Assembly (NCBI GenBank): GCA_964502885.1
Contig: CAZCXU010000001.1
Coordinates: 93,352 to 157,351, forward strand
Length of the DNA: 64,000 nt
Reading direction: 5' to 3'
Origin: an uncultured Gammaproteobacteria bacterium
GTDB taxonomy: Bacteria > Patescibacteriota > Microgenomatia > CAZETR01 > Amesbacteraceae
Positions 25,798-33,540 of this stretch are shown piece after piece. The stretch's first letter is position 1, and the number at the start of each line of letters is the position of its first letter. Under the pieces are notes generated by a model. That model made no database searches and was not told the DNA's origin. It saw nothing but the letters and a program-made list of their open reading frames with translations. The translations under genes and the position numbers were made by a program.

Positions 25798-28700
25798 TTA
25801 GGGAAAGGGAAACGGGCAGCTGGGAGCAATCCATTCCCATTTGCCTTGAAGGCCAGGATTTGCGGCGGTACCGTCTCCCAACGCATATAGATCGGATTCG
25901 GCGGTGGGAATGCAGGAGTCACCCACCAGGTATATGGCAGAGAATACCCGTACTCCTCCGTAAGTATTTATTTCAGATGCGCAACGGGATCTGATGGCAT
26001 TTACGGTAAGGAGGTGACCGGTGATTTGCTGATCGAAGTTGTTTGGTGTGTTGTATTGACCGACGTGAACGCCAAAATCTTCTACTGGAGTGTTGGCTTC
26101 GTAATTGCTGGCGTCCGATTCGTTTAACCAAATCAATAGTGAAAGTCCAGGATTTACGCCGGCGGCGTCTGCGCGTGTGACGACGTCGTTGTAGCAAAGT
26201 TCTGCGAAAGTGCCATCCGGAAAATTGGTCCAGCGCCTGGCGATGTCTATGTAGTTAGTGCGATCTACACAGGGTGTGTTGGTTTCGGGAAGATTGGTGT
26301 TGCAGTTTATGCCGCCCGGTGAGTCTATAGGGCTGACTGATCCTACAAAGCCTTTTGGTCGGAGGGCGCGTTGGAGATTGAGGTTTTCACGGGTGGGGAC
26401 ACCAAGAATGTGATCGGCAAGGCTGCCGACCTTGGGAAAATAAAAAGCTCCCCCAGAAGTGCGCAAACCTCCTCCGATACCACCAGAGGCTACATTACGT
26501 CCTGCCGTGACACGGGGATTGATCAAATTTTGCACCTGGCCGTTGTAGGCTGCACTAGTTCCTGCCGGTATGGATACGTCTCTGTTGTTGGTGATGTCGT
26601 AATCGGTTTGTGTGATCTGCCAAATGCAGGAGTAGCCCTGGGATGCCATTGCCTGACAGGCTGTTTCGGTTAATTGGTTAGAACAAATTCCAAGATCTCG
26701 GGGTGAGGTGGTGGTGCAAGCTTCATATGTGCCAGTCAGGGGGAGTTTGGGCATCCAGCGACGAAGGACTGAGTTTGGGCCTGCCACAAGGATGTCATAG
26801 AGCTTTTCGATGTATGGTGTTTTTACAAAAGGATTAACCCGTGCAGCTGATCTCAGGTTGCGGGTTGGCCAGACAGGGCAGTGAGGAGGACGAGGGGCCA
26901 GTGCGGGAGCGGCACGAACAACACGCCACTCACAGTATGGTGACATTCCGGCGGCAGTACACCCAGTTTGGTCCAGGGCCGAACAAACAGAAGCATAACT
27001 ATCGTATCCAGATCTGCTGCGGCAGGCATATTCATCAGTGGGGGCACAACATATTTCGCCAGCATTACCACAATCCAGATCAATTATTTCCCGATTTTCG
27101 CCACATCCGTTTGGACCGGGCGCGCGGCAGTCGTATGTGGAGCTGGCATGGTAGCACTCGCTAATCCAAGGACAGCGTTGTCCGATTTGAATCGTGCAGC
27201 ATTCGCCCCCAGGAAGCTGGTCATTGCATTCATCTCCCTCCAGGGAACAGGGTCTATTGATGCAGTTGCCGGCACCGGCGGGACACGGGTTTGCGTCACA
27301 GCCAATTACGAGTCGGGGTGTGTAGCGGAAGAGCTGACGATATGTAAGATTTCCGTTTAGGACGTTTCCCAGCAGGCGATCTCCGGATGAAGTACGAGTT
27401 TCGGCTTCGTCGCAAGTAAAGTCTGATGGAACATATAACGCAGCGGGCGCAGGTCCGTCAATAATTTCCGTGTTGCGAATGACAGTTCCGCCACCAGAGC
27501 AGCCCCTGAGAATGGAGCCTGCAAAATATCTTTGGCAGAGAACAACTGTTTCGTCGGAGTGTCCTTCGGATGCTCCAAAACCCTGATGGCGGGCAACTCT
27601 TTGGGAAAACATATTGCTATTTTCAGAACTGAACAAGGGAGCGTGTGTGGCGGCAGGGGGTGTTGGCGTTGGAGTAGGTGTGGCCAGAACAACAGTTTGA
27701 CTTGAATAACTGGATCCGGCGAGACGAATACGAATGCTGCCGGGGAGACCGCGACTGACAAACCACTGGCTACTTCCGCCGTAGCGATAATATGAATGAG
27801 GCCATGTAGGTATGATGCCTTCGTAATAGCGTTGCACACTGACACTGGGGTCAACATAGTTACTGAGTGGACCGTAGTCTTGGTTTGTTGTCGGATCAAA
27901 AACATGGAATTGGTTCCAAAGCGCTTCACCCATACCTGGCAAACCGTAATAAACATCTATCAGGTTGTAAGCTGGCAAGTAAAAAGCCCGGAGATAGTCT
28001 GCCGGATTTGTTGATAAAACAGGAGTGGGGATTGGGGGCGGGGGGGGAGGGGCGGTGGGAGGAACAATTACCGGATATGGCTGATGCAAAGCTTGGACGA
28101 GACTTGATAAAGGAACAGCTGATTTCATGTGCGGGAAATAAAGCCGTGAATCAAAGCGGCCTGAAATAAGGGTGGGAAAACTGAGGCCAATAGTGAGAAT
28201 TCGGCCATCGATGTCTACGGGTTGAGCTTCCGGAATAACACTTGCTGTAAACTCACTCACAGTGTCCTCAAGAGTTGAGTAATTGATGTATTTATGTGTC
28301 CAGGTTTCGGTATCGAAATTGCTGGCCACCCAACTAAGGCGGCGACGCAGGGTGCTGCTGACGCAGGGTTCTGCGAGGTCGAGACGTAAAGCTGCAGTGA
28401 TGTTTCCGATGCGACTCAGCAGGTTTCTGCCTAGGGAAAAAAGCATGTTTACATCATCAAGGTTGTTGGCTATCACAGTAAAACCGTAATTTAAAAGTAC
28501 ATTTCTAATTCCGATTGGGTTGAATTGATCGCCCGGAAGTAAGGCAATGTTGACAAGTGCGCCACCAAAATCCTGCATATTATTCATGCCAACTCGACGG
28601 ATGATATCGATCATTCTGACAACATCAAGGAAACTGCCAAATGAGTTTGTAAATATTGCTTCCAGAGCGTCTAAAACATAATCAAAGTCGATGTTCCGCT

Positions 28701-29460
28701 GACAGGAAACCAGATAGTTGTGGTACTGTGACCCTACGTTGTTGCTGGCAACGGTTTCCTTTATGTCATCACGGAAGTCTTTTGGATATAATTTGTTTAT
28801 TGGCCCTGAATAAGAGGTGATGCGTTTAGTGTCGGCCGGATCGAAACCGTTTAAGGGAAGTTTTTCTGACTGGAATACCGTACCATTCAGATACCAATTA
28901 AGATATTGGTTAACTTTGTAATCGTCGGGAATTGCAACTTCGGTCTGGCCGAAAATGGGGAGTTGGGAGTTGGTCGCATTGATAGCGACTGTCCAGCGAA
29001 CTCGTTTGACGTAGCAAATGTCTGTGGATCCTGACTCACAGAGATAGTCGTCAGAACGATCGCCGCCCTCCTGGGTTAGGGGGACACTGATGGGGTTGGC
29101 CGGGAGGACTGAAAGACCACACATGTCAATAACGTCTGAGACCTCATCGTAACCTGAGACATTTAGGGATTTGGCACAATGAAATGAGAGATAGACTTTA
29201 TTGGGATCGTCCGGGGCTTCGGGGACTTTTGCGGGAATGAGGACATCGCAAGGGTTTCCAGGATAGGGTCTTAGCGGATGAAATTCCGGATCGTTTCCGG
29301 TATTTGTGTGGCAAGGATAATTAAATGGAGCCGGCCAGGGGTTACGGGTAAAAAATCCGAGAGTGGGGGTCTGGGCGTGAATAAGATTTAGCCATGGAGT
29401 GATGGCAGAAAAGACTGCTACAACAGAGCTTACTACTAACAACTTAACGGTCGGTTTCAT
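25798..29460 (-). CDS. Giant secreted Cys-rich protein (1220 aa), possible surface/tip adhesin with a lysozyme-like C-terminal region
   Basis: The signal peptide is MKPTVKLLVVSSVVAVFSAITPWLNLIHAQ. Proline tracts are present (PPTAPPPPPPIPTP, ATPTPTPTPP). A dense Cys cluster is encoded at about 26920..27305 (CDANPCPAGAGNCINRPCSLEGDECNDQLPGGECCTIQIGQRCPWISECY...). The C-terminal segment AGVNPGLSLLIWLNESDASNY resembles the catalytic Glu-Ser region of SLT/lysozyme-like domains, but this is a weak call. Confidence 0.65.
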   Translation of the reverse strand: MKPTVKLLVVSSVVAVFSAITPWLNLIHAQTPTLGFFTRNPWPAPFNYPCHTNTGNDPEFHPLRPYPGNPCDVLIPAKVPEAPDDPNKVYLSFHCAKSLNVSGYDEVSDVIDMCGLSVLPANPISVPLTQEGGDRSDDYLCESGSTDICYVKRVRWTVAINATNSQLPIFGQTEVAIPDDYKVNQYLNWYLNGTVFQSEKLPLNGFDPADTKRITSYSGPINKLYPKDFRDDIKETVASNNVGSQYHNYLVSCQRNIDFDYVLDALEAIFTNSFGSFLDVVRMIDIIRRVGMNNMQDFGGALVNIALLPGDQFNPIGIRNVLLNYGFTVIANNLDDVNMLFSLGRNLLSRIGNITAALRLDLAEPCVSSTLRRRLSWVASNFDTETWTHKYINYSTLEDTVSEFTASVIPEAQPVDIDGRILTIGLSFPTLISGRFDSRLYFPHMKSAVPLSSLVQALHQPYPVIVPPTAPPPPPPIPTPVLSTNPADYLRAFYLPAYNLIDVYYGLPGMGEALWNQFHVFDPTTNQDYGPLSNYVDPSVSVQRYYEGIIPTWPHSYYRYGGSSQWFVSRGLPGSIRIRLAGSSYSSQTVVLATPTPTPTPPAATHAPLFSSENSNMFSQRVARHQGFGASEGHSDETVVLCQRYFAGSILRGCSGGGTVIRNTEIIDGPAPAALYVPSDFTCDEAETRTSSGDRLLGNVLNGNLTYRQLFRYTPRLVIGCDANPCPAGAGNCINRPCSLEGDECNDQLPGGECCTIQIGQRCPWISECYHASSTYDCRAPGPNGCGENREIIDLDCGNAGEICCAPTDEYACRSRSGYDSYASVCSALDQTGCTAAGMSPYCEWRVVRAAPALAPRPPHCPVWPTRNLRSAARVNPFVKTPYIEKLYDILVAGPNSVLRRWMPKLPLTGTYEACTTTSPRDLGICSNQLTETACQAMASQGYSCIWQITQTDYDITNNRDVSIPAGTSAAYNGQVQNLINPRVTAGRNVASGGIGGGLRTSGGAFYFPKVGSLADHILGVPTRENLNLQRALRPKGFVGSVSPIDSPGGINCNTNLPETNTPCVDRTNYIDIARRWTNFPDGTFAELCYNDVVTRADAAGVNPGLSLLIWLNESDASNYEANTPVEDFGVHVGQYNTPNNFDQQITGHLLTVNAIRSRCASEINTYGGVRVFSAIYLVGDSCIPTAESDLYALGDGTAANPGLQGKWEWIAPSCPFPFP

Positions 29461-29484
29461 GGGCTACACTATTCTAGCAAATCT

Positions 29485-29880
29485 TTAGGAGCAGCCGATG
29501 CCTCTGGCTATACAGATATCAAATATTCCCAAATTGATACCGAGGAAAGTGCCAATAAGGTTGACTATTACGAATGCTGACAAGGTGATTATTAATCCTG
29601 CAAGAGAAAAGATAATTGTATTTCTTGCTTGTTCGGTTTGGGCTTTGTCTGCTCCTGCAGCTAGATACTTGTATCCACCAATAACCAGAAATCCTAAAGA
29701 AATGAAAACAAAAAGGCTGATGATTGCGGTAATCGCAGCGGCTATTACTCTATTTAGGTTCTGGAGCATTGCGGGCGGAGTAGGGTTTGCAATTGTTGTT
29801 TGAGCTTGAGCGACAGTAGGCCATGCTAATACGAATACAGATGCGGCCAACGTGATCAGTGAGCGAATTGTTGTGTACAT
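29485..29880 (-). CDS. T4SS pilin-like paralog 11 (VirB2/TrbC-type), divergent, with Sec signal peptide
   Basis: The signal peptide ends AWPTVAQAQ. The core is ISLFVFISLGFLVIGGYKYLAAGADKAQTEQARNTIIFSLAGLIITLSAFVIVNLI, i.e. two TM helices around a charged loop. The C-terminus ends CIARGIGCS. Confidence 0.7.
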   Translation of the reverse strand: MYTTIRSLITLAASVFVLAWPTVAQAQTTIANPTPPAMLQNLNRVIAAAITAIISLFVFISLGFLVIGGYKYLAAGADKAQTEQARNTIIFSLAGLIITLSAFVIVNLIGTFLGINLGIFDICIARGIGCS

Positions 29881-29896
29881 CTGTTTTTAATATAGG

Positions 29897-29936
29897 GCAA
29901 AAAAACAACCCCGGCAAGGGCCCGGGGTTGTTTTGG
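29897..29936 (-). terminator. Strong rho-independent terminator after pilin paralog 10
   Basis: An 11-bp perfect stem pairs AACAACCCCGG (29904..29914) with CCGGGGTTGTT (29922..29932) around a 7-nt loop. On the minus strand the hairpin is followed by a T7 run (complement of A 29899..29905). Confidence 0.75.
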
Positions 29937-29960
29937 CCATTTCTGGCCGGTTCCAAAAAC

Positions 29961-30323
29961 TTATGAACCAATCGTTGCGAGATTGAATTCGATAAGGTTG
30001 ACGTTGAAGAGAACACGCAGAATGTACAGTAAGGCGTAAGCAGAGAAGACGATTGCCAAACCGATTAAGGCGGCAGTGATCTTCTTGCGAGCTTTTTCGG
30101 TACCTTCTTTGTCTCCACCAGCGAGAATCCATTGTAAACCACCCCAAAGTAGGATGATAAAGGAAGCTACGCCAGCGATACCCAACATAAGATTCAAGAT
30201 GGTTCTCAAGAAATCTGATGGGGTATAGTTCTTCAAAGTGTCGAAACGTGTATCGACGTTAGCCACGCTACCGACATCCGAGTCTGGAATAGGAAGAGCA
30301 AGTTGTGCAAGTAGTCTCATCAT
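29961..30323 (-). CDS. T4SS pilin-like paralog 10 (candidate major pilin)
   Basis: Starts at ATG 30323, 5 nt after the SD-like GGTGAG. The core is IAGVASFIILLWGGLQWILAGGDKEGTEKARKKITAALIGLAIVFSAYALLYILRVLFNVNLIEF. It is flanked by its own candidate promoter and by the terminator at 29897..29936. Confidence 0.8.
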   Translation of the reverse strand: MMRLLAQLALPIPDSDVGSVANVDTRFDTLKNYTPSDFLRTILNLMLGIAGVASFIILLWGGLQWILAGGDKEGTEKARKKITAALIGLAIVFSAYALLYILRVLFNVNLIEFNLATIGS

Positions 30324-30348
30324 CAAATCTCACCGCCTTTCAGTGGAA

Positions 30349-30357
30349 AGTATAACA
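30349..30357 (-). promoter_or_regulatory. Extended -10 element (TGTTATACT on the minus strand) upstream of pilin paralog 10
   Basis: The plus-strand AGTATAACA at 30349..30357 is the reverse complement of TGTTATACT. It lies in the only sizeable gap (53 nt) within the pilin array. Confidence 0.35.
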
Positions 30358-30379
30358 TAAAATCAGTGCCGGAGGCTAA

Positions 30380-30754
30380 TTAGAGGGGTGTGATAGTGTA
30401 CTCAATGAGATTGACGTTGAAGAGGGTACGGATGATATACAGAATCGCATAGGATGAAAATACGATAGCCAATCCTATGAGAGCATAGCTGATTTTGCGG
30501 CGAGCTTTCTCGACTGCGTCTTTGTCGGATCCAGCGGTAATCCATTGAAACCCACCTATTAGGAGGAATAAGAATGCGGCAACACCTGACAGGCCCAGGA
30601 GGGCAAGAATCGACGTGCGGATATAGCTGGCGGGCTGAATATTGTAGGTGTTAGCAAAAGGAGAGTTGGGGTCGCGTAGATCTATTAATTGCTGGGCATC
30701 AATAGAAGGAGGAAAGAGAAGCAAGCTTGCCAGGAGAGCGAGAATCAGTTTCAT
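30380..30754 (-). CDS. T4SS pilin-like paralog 9, with Sec signal peptide
   Basis: The signal peptide is MKLILALLASLLLFPPSIDAQ. The core is LSGVAAFLFLLIGGFQWITAGSDKDAVEKARRKISYALIGLAIVFSSYAILYIIRTLFNVNLIEY. Confidence 0.8.
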   Translation of the reverse strand: MKLILALLASLLLFPPSIDAQQLIDLRDPNSPFANTYNIQPASYIRTSILALLGLSGVAAFLFLLIGGFQWITAGSDKDAVEKARRKISYALIGLAIVFSSYAILYIIRTLFNVNLIEYTITPL

Positions 30755-30782
30755 GTGAGTTCGAGTTTATAAGAAAGGGTTG

Positions 30783-31454
30783 TCAGTTACAAGGGATGCA
30801 GGTAATCAGGCCACATCCAGTCGTGCCGAGCGGAGTCCAAGAGCCGTTTGATTCGCATCGGAAACATGGACCATTTATGACAGATGTTGATCCTAACGTG
30901 CCTGCCGGAATGCATCTTCCAGTTGCAGATCCGCCACAGGCACACATGCCGGATGGTGGGGTGATGTCGCAGCCGGGATCTGTGGGGTTAGTACAAGGAA
31001 TCCCTGAATCCCAGGGATCACTACCAGGAGCAGGTGGGTTGGGGTCGTTGATCTGAGAGGAAATTTCCCCGATATGTCCGAGGTTGAATTGAATTAAATT
31101 GATGTTAAAGAGGGTGCGGAGAGCAAAAAGGAAACTGTAGGCTGAAAAAACAATTACCAGTCCAATTAAAGCCTGAACAACCTTTCTGCGGGCTTTTTCA
31201 ATTGCGTCTTTATCACCACCAGCCAGTATCCACTGAATACCGCCGATAAGCAGGAATATAAAAGAAAAAACTCCTGCCAGTTGGAGGAGAAGGTTTAGAA
31301 GTGTGGTCAATATCATTGATGGGGTGAGGCTGCGAATTGTCGTAAAATCCGGATCGACGTTTTGTTCTATGCCAATGTAGTCTTGTGCTTTTGCGGTTGC
31401 AGGCATTAAGAACATAGAAATAACTGTGGAGATGTGAACCAGGTGGTTTCGCAT
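30783..31454 (-). CDS. T4SS pilin-like paralog 8 with signal peptide and a C-terminal 12-Cys extension
   Basis: The signal peptide ends PATAKAQ. The core is LAGVFSFIFLLIGGIQWILAGGDKDAIEKARRKVVQALIGLVIVFSAYSFLFALRTLFNINLIQF. A roughly 90-aa tail follows: PCTNPTDPGCDITPPSGMCACGGSATGRCIPAG...CFRCESNGSWTPLGTTGCGLITCIPCN. Confidence 0.8.
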   Translation of the reverse strand: MRNHLVHISTVISMFLMPATAKAQDYIGIEQNVDPDFTTIRSLTPSMILTTLLNLLLQLAGVFSFIFLLIGGIQWILAGGDKDAIEKARRKVVQALIGLVIVFSAYSFLFALRTLFNINLIQFNLGHIGEISSQINDPNPPAPGSDPWDSGIPCTNPTDPGCDITPPSGMCACGGSATGRCIPAGTLGSTSVINGPCFRCESNGSWTPLGTTGCGLITCIPCN

Positions 31455-31460
31455 GGGTAA

Positions 31461-31802
31461 TTAGAGGTTTCTTAAGGTGAATCCAATCGGATTTACATTA
31501 AATAGGACACGCAATATATAAAGAATGGCGTAGGAAGAAAAGACGATAACTAAACCTATCAGCGCGTTGATGATTTTACGGCGGGCTTTGTCGATACCAT
31601 CTTTGTCGCCACCGGCAGTAATCCACTGAACTCCACCCCAGAGCAGATAAATAAAGAAGCCAACACCAGCAAGACCCAAGAGAAGACTGATGGCTGTAGC
31701 GACATAAGCGGAGGGTTTGAGGTTTGTAATGTAGTCGTAGTTGCTGTCACCAGAATTGACAGTGATGGGAACAAATTGAGCCAATAGGTGTTGGTTGATC
31801 AT
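31461..31802 (-). CDS. T4SS pilin-like paralog 7
   Basis: The N-terminus is MINQHLLAQ. The core is LAGVGFFIYLLWGGVQWITAGGDKDGIDKARRKIINALIGLVIVFSSYAILYILRVLFNVNPIGF. Confidence 0.8.
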   Translation of the reverse strand: MINQHLLAQFVPITVNSGDSNYDYITNLKPSAYVATAISLLLGLAGVGFFIYLLWGGVQWITAGGDKDGIDKARRKIINALIGLVIVFSSYAILYILRVLFNVNPIGFTLRNL

Positions 31803-32131
31803 AGTTCAGGAACGTTGAGGGAGAGAATCGAGACGCCAAATAACACTTCGATTATCCAAATGATTACGAATGAAGAAAGAAGTATGGCAATTCCAATAAG
31901 GGCATTACGAATACGGTGTGTGGCTTTCTGGACGCCTTCCTTATCTCCGCCGGCGGTGATATAGGCAAAACCACCCATTAACAAGTTGACGAAAAAATAA
32001 ATTCCACTTAATCCCATGACGGCATTTAAGACGTTTCTTAGTAGCAACTGGACCATGCTGTCAGCCTCGTTGACGTTGATATTTCCGATTTGACTGTTGA
32101 CCGCAGGGTTGACGATGGTAAACAGATACAT
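31799..32131 (-). CDS. T4SS pilin-like paralog 6
   Basis: The core is LSGIYFFVNLLMGGFAYITAGGDKEGVQKATHRIRNALIGIAILLSSFVIIWIIEVLF. It overlaps the next gene by 4 nt (ATGA). Confidence 0.75.
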   Translation of the reverse strand: MYLFTIVNPAVNSQIGNINVNEADSMVQLLLRNVLNAVMGLSGIYFFVNLLMGGFAYITAGGDKEGVQKATHRIRNALIGIAILLSSFVIIWIIEVLFGVSILSLNVPEL

Positions 32132-32134
32132 ATT

Positions 32135-32518
32135 TTAAGGTGAAGCAACAATTAACTGCAATCCGAGACGAAAGATGTCCAATCCCAGGAATCGGCCAAT
32201 GATTCCAATTAGTCCGTATGATCCAACAACTATGAACATACCCAATATGGAAGTGGAAAGACGTTTTTTGCTTACCTCCACGGTATTTTTATCGCCACCG
32301 GCACCAATCCACTGCATTCCGGAAAGGACTATTTGATAGATGAACCAAAGTGACGCGACTATAGTGAGTAAACCGAGGATAGAAGAAACAAATTTTTCCA
32401 ACATATCTCCGGGCCCTCCACCTGTGCCAGTCATAAAAAGTCCTGAATGTCCAAATGTACCCAGAGGTCCGACACCGTCAATGTTTCCCAAGTTGACTTG
32501 AGCTAAAAGGTTTCTCAT
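32135..32518 (-). CDS. T4SS pilin-like paralog 5
   Basis: I chose the start at ATG 32518 (MRNLLAQVNLGN...), which gives a 4-nt ATGA overlap with the upstream stop. The core is VASLWFIYQIVLSGMQWIGAGGDKNTVEVSKKRLSTSILGMFIVVGSYGLIGIIGRFL. Confidence 0.75.
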   Translation of the reverse strand: MRNLLAQVNLGNIDGVGPLGTFGHSGLFMTGTGGGPGDMLEKFVSSILGLLTIVASLWFIYQIVLSGMQWIGAGGDKNTVEVSKKRLSTSILGMFIVVGSYGLIGIIGRFLGLDIFRLGLQLIVASP

Positions 32519-32874
32519 GGGGTGAATATCCGTGGTGAAATAAGCGTGTTCCATCCATTAATACCATACAGGAAGAGGCCGATGACGCTGGCGATGACTA
32601 ATGATCCGGTGACTATGGCTAGTCCCAGAAAGGATTGCCAAATGCGCTCGTGGGCTTTTTGGACCATTTTGGGGTCGCCATTTGCGCTTAAGTATCCATA
32701 CCCTGCCAAAATTAGATTGATCAATGTGTATATACCAGCCAGGATTATGGAGAGTCGGATGAGGCTGCTAAGAATTAAGATAAGACCTTCGCCCTGAGTG
32801 CCAGCTGCGAGTCTGGGATTGTTGTATCCGGATGTCCCAAATGGATTGTCGATAGTGCCGAATGCTCCTAACAT
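32515..32874 (-). CDS. T4SS pilin-like paralog 4 (divergent)
   Basis: The core is LAGIYTLINLILAGYGYLSANGDPKMVQKAHERIWQSFLGLAIVTGSLVIASVIGLFL. Confidence 0.7.
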   Translation of the reverse strand: MLGAFGTIDNPFGTSGYNNPRLAAGTQGEGLILILSSLIRLSIILAGIYTLINLILAGYGYLSANGDPKMVQKAHERIWQSFLGLAIVTGSLVIASVIGLFLYGINGWNTLISPRIFTP

Positions 32875-32880
32875 AGTTTT

Positions 32881-33231
32881 TTAGACGAATGGCGGGTCAA
32901 TTAAGTTTACACCTGTAATGGTAGATATAATCTGAAGTATAAAATAAGCACTAATGACTAGCAATAAGCCCAGAACTCCATAAGTGACGGAATTTTTTCC
33001 TTGCTGAACACGTTGTGGAGGGTTGATTTGTCCGCCAAAGATAATTAGTAAGTAACCTCCGTGGATGATGAGATAAATGAAATAAAGACTGGCGATTGCC
33101 ATGGCATTGAGGAGTAAGAGAGAGACAATATCGCCCAATTGACCACGGAAAGGGGAGGTGGCCCCAACGTTGGGATGGTTGACGAAAAACTTGTCTTGCA
33201 AGTTTACTGGCGGGTTAAGAAGCTGAAACAT
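32881..33231 (-). CDS. T4SS pilin-like paralog 3 (divergent)
   Basis: The core is IASLYFIYLIIHGGYLLIIFGGQINPPQRVQQGKNSVTYGVLGLLLVISAYFILQIISTITGVNLI. Confidence 0.7.
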   Translation of the reverse strand: MFQLLNPPVNLQDKFFVNHPNVGATSPFRGQLGDIVSLLLLNAMAIASLYFIYLIIHGGYLLIIFGGQINPPQRVQQGKNSVTYGVLGLLLVISAYFILQIISTITGVNLIDPPFV

Positions 33232-33234
33232 TTT

Positions 33235-33540
33235 TTAGATTAAGTTGGTGCGGGTAATAGTTTGAATTATTTGCAAAATAAAGAAGGCACTAACTACAGT
33301 AAGGAGGCCAAGAAGCGCGTTGGTGATCTGTCTTTTTATCTGCATGAGTTTGGCTTCGTCGCCCAGGCTTCCCATATATGCGAATCCCGCTGTAATCAGA
33401 TGGTAAAGAAAATAGAGTCCGGCTCCGGCCATGGCAAAGAGAATAGTGCGAGAGGCGATTGTTGAGGGTAGTGTGGCACTGGTCGAGAATCGGCCGGAGG
33501 TGTGGATGAAATCGGGAATCTGAGCTAAATGTGAGTTCAT
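33235..33540 (-). CDS. T4SS pilin-like paralog 2 (divergent)
   Basis: The N-terminus is MNSHLAQ. The core is GAGLYFLYHLITAGFAYMGSLGDEAKLMQIKRQITNALLGLLTVVSAFFILQIIQTITRTNLI. Its start overlaps the upstream stop by 1 nt (TAATG). Confidence 0.7.
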   Translation of the reverse strand: MNSHLAQIPDFIHTSGRFSTSATLPSTIASRTILFAMAGAGLYFLYHLITAGFAYMGSLGDEAKLMQIKRQITNALLGLLTVVSAFFILQIIQTITRTNLI

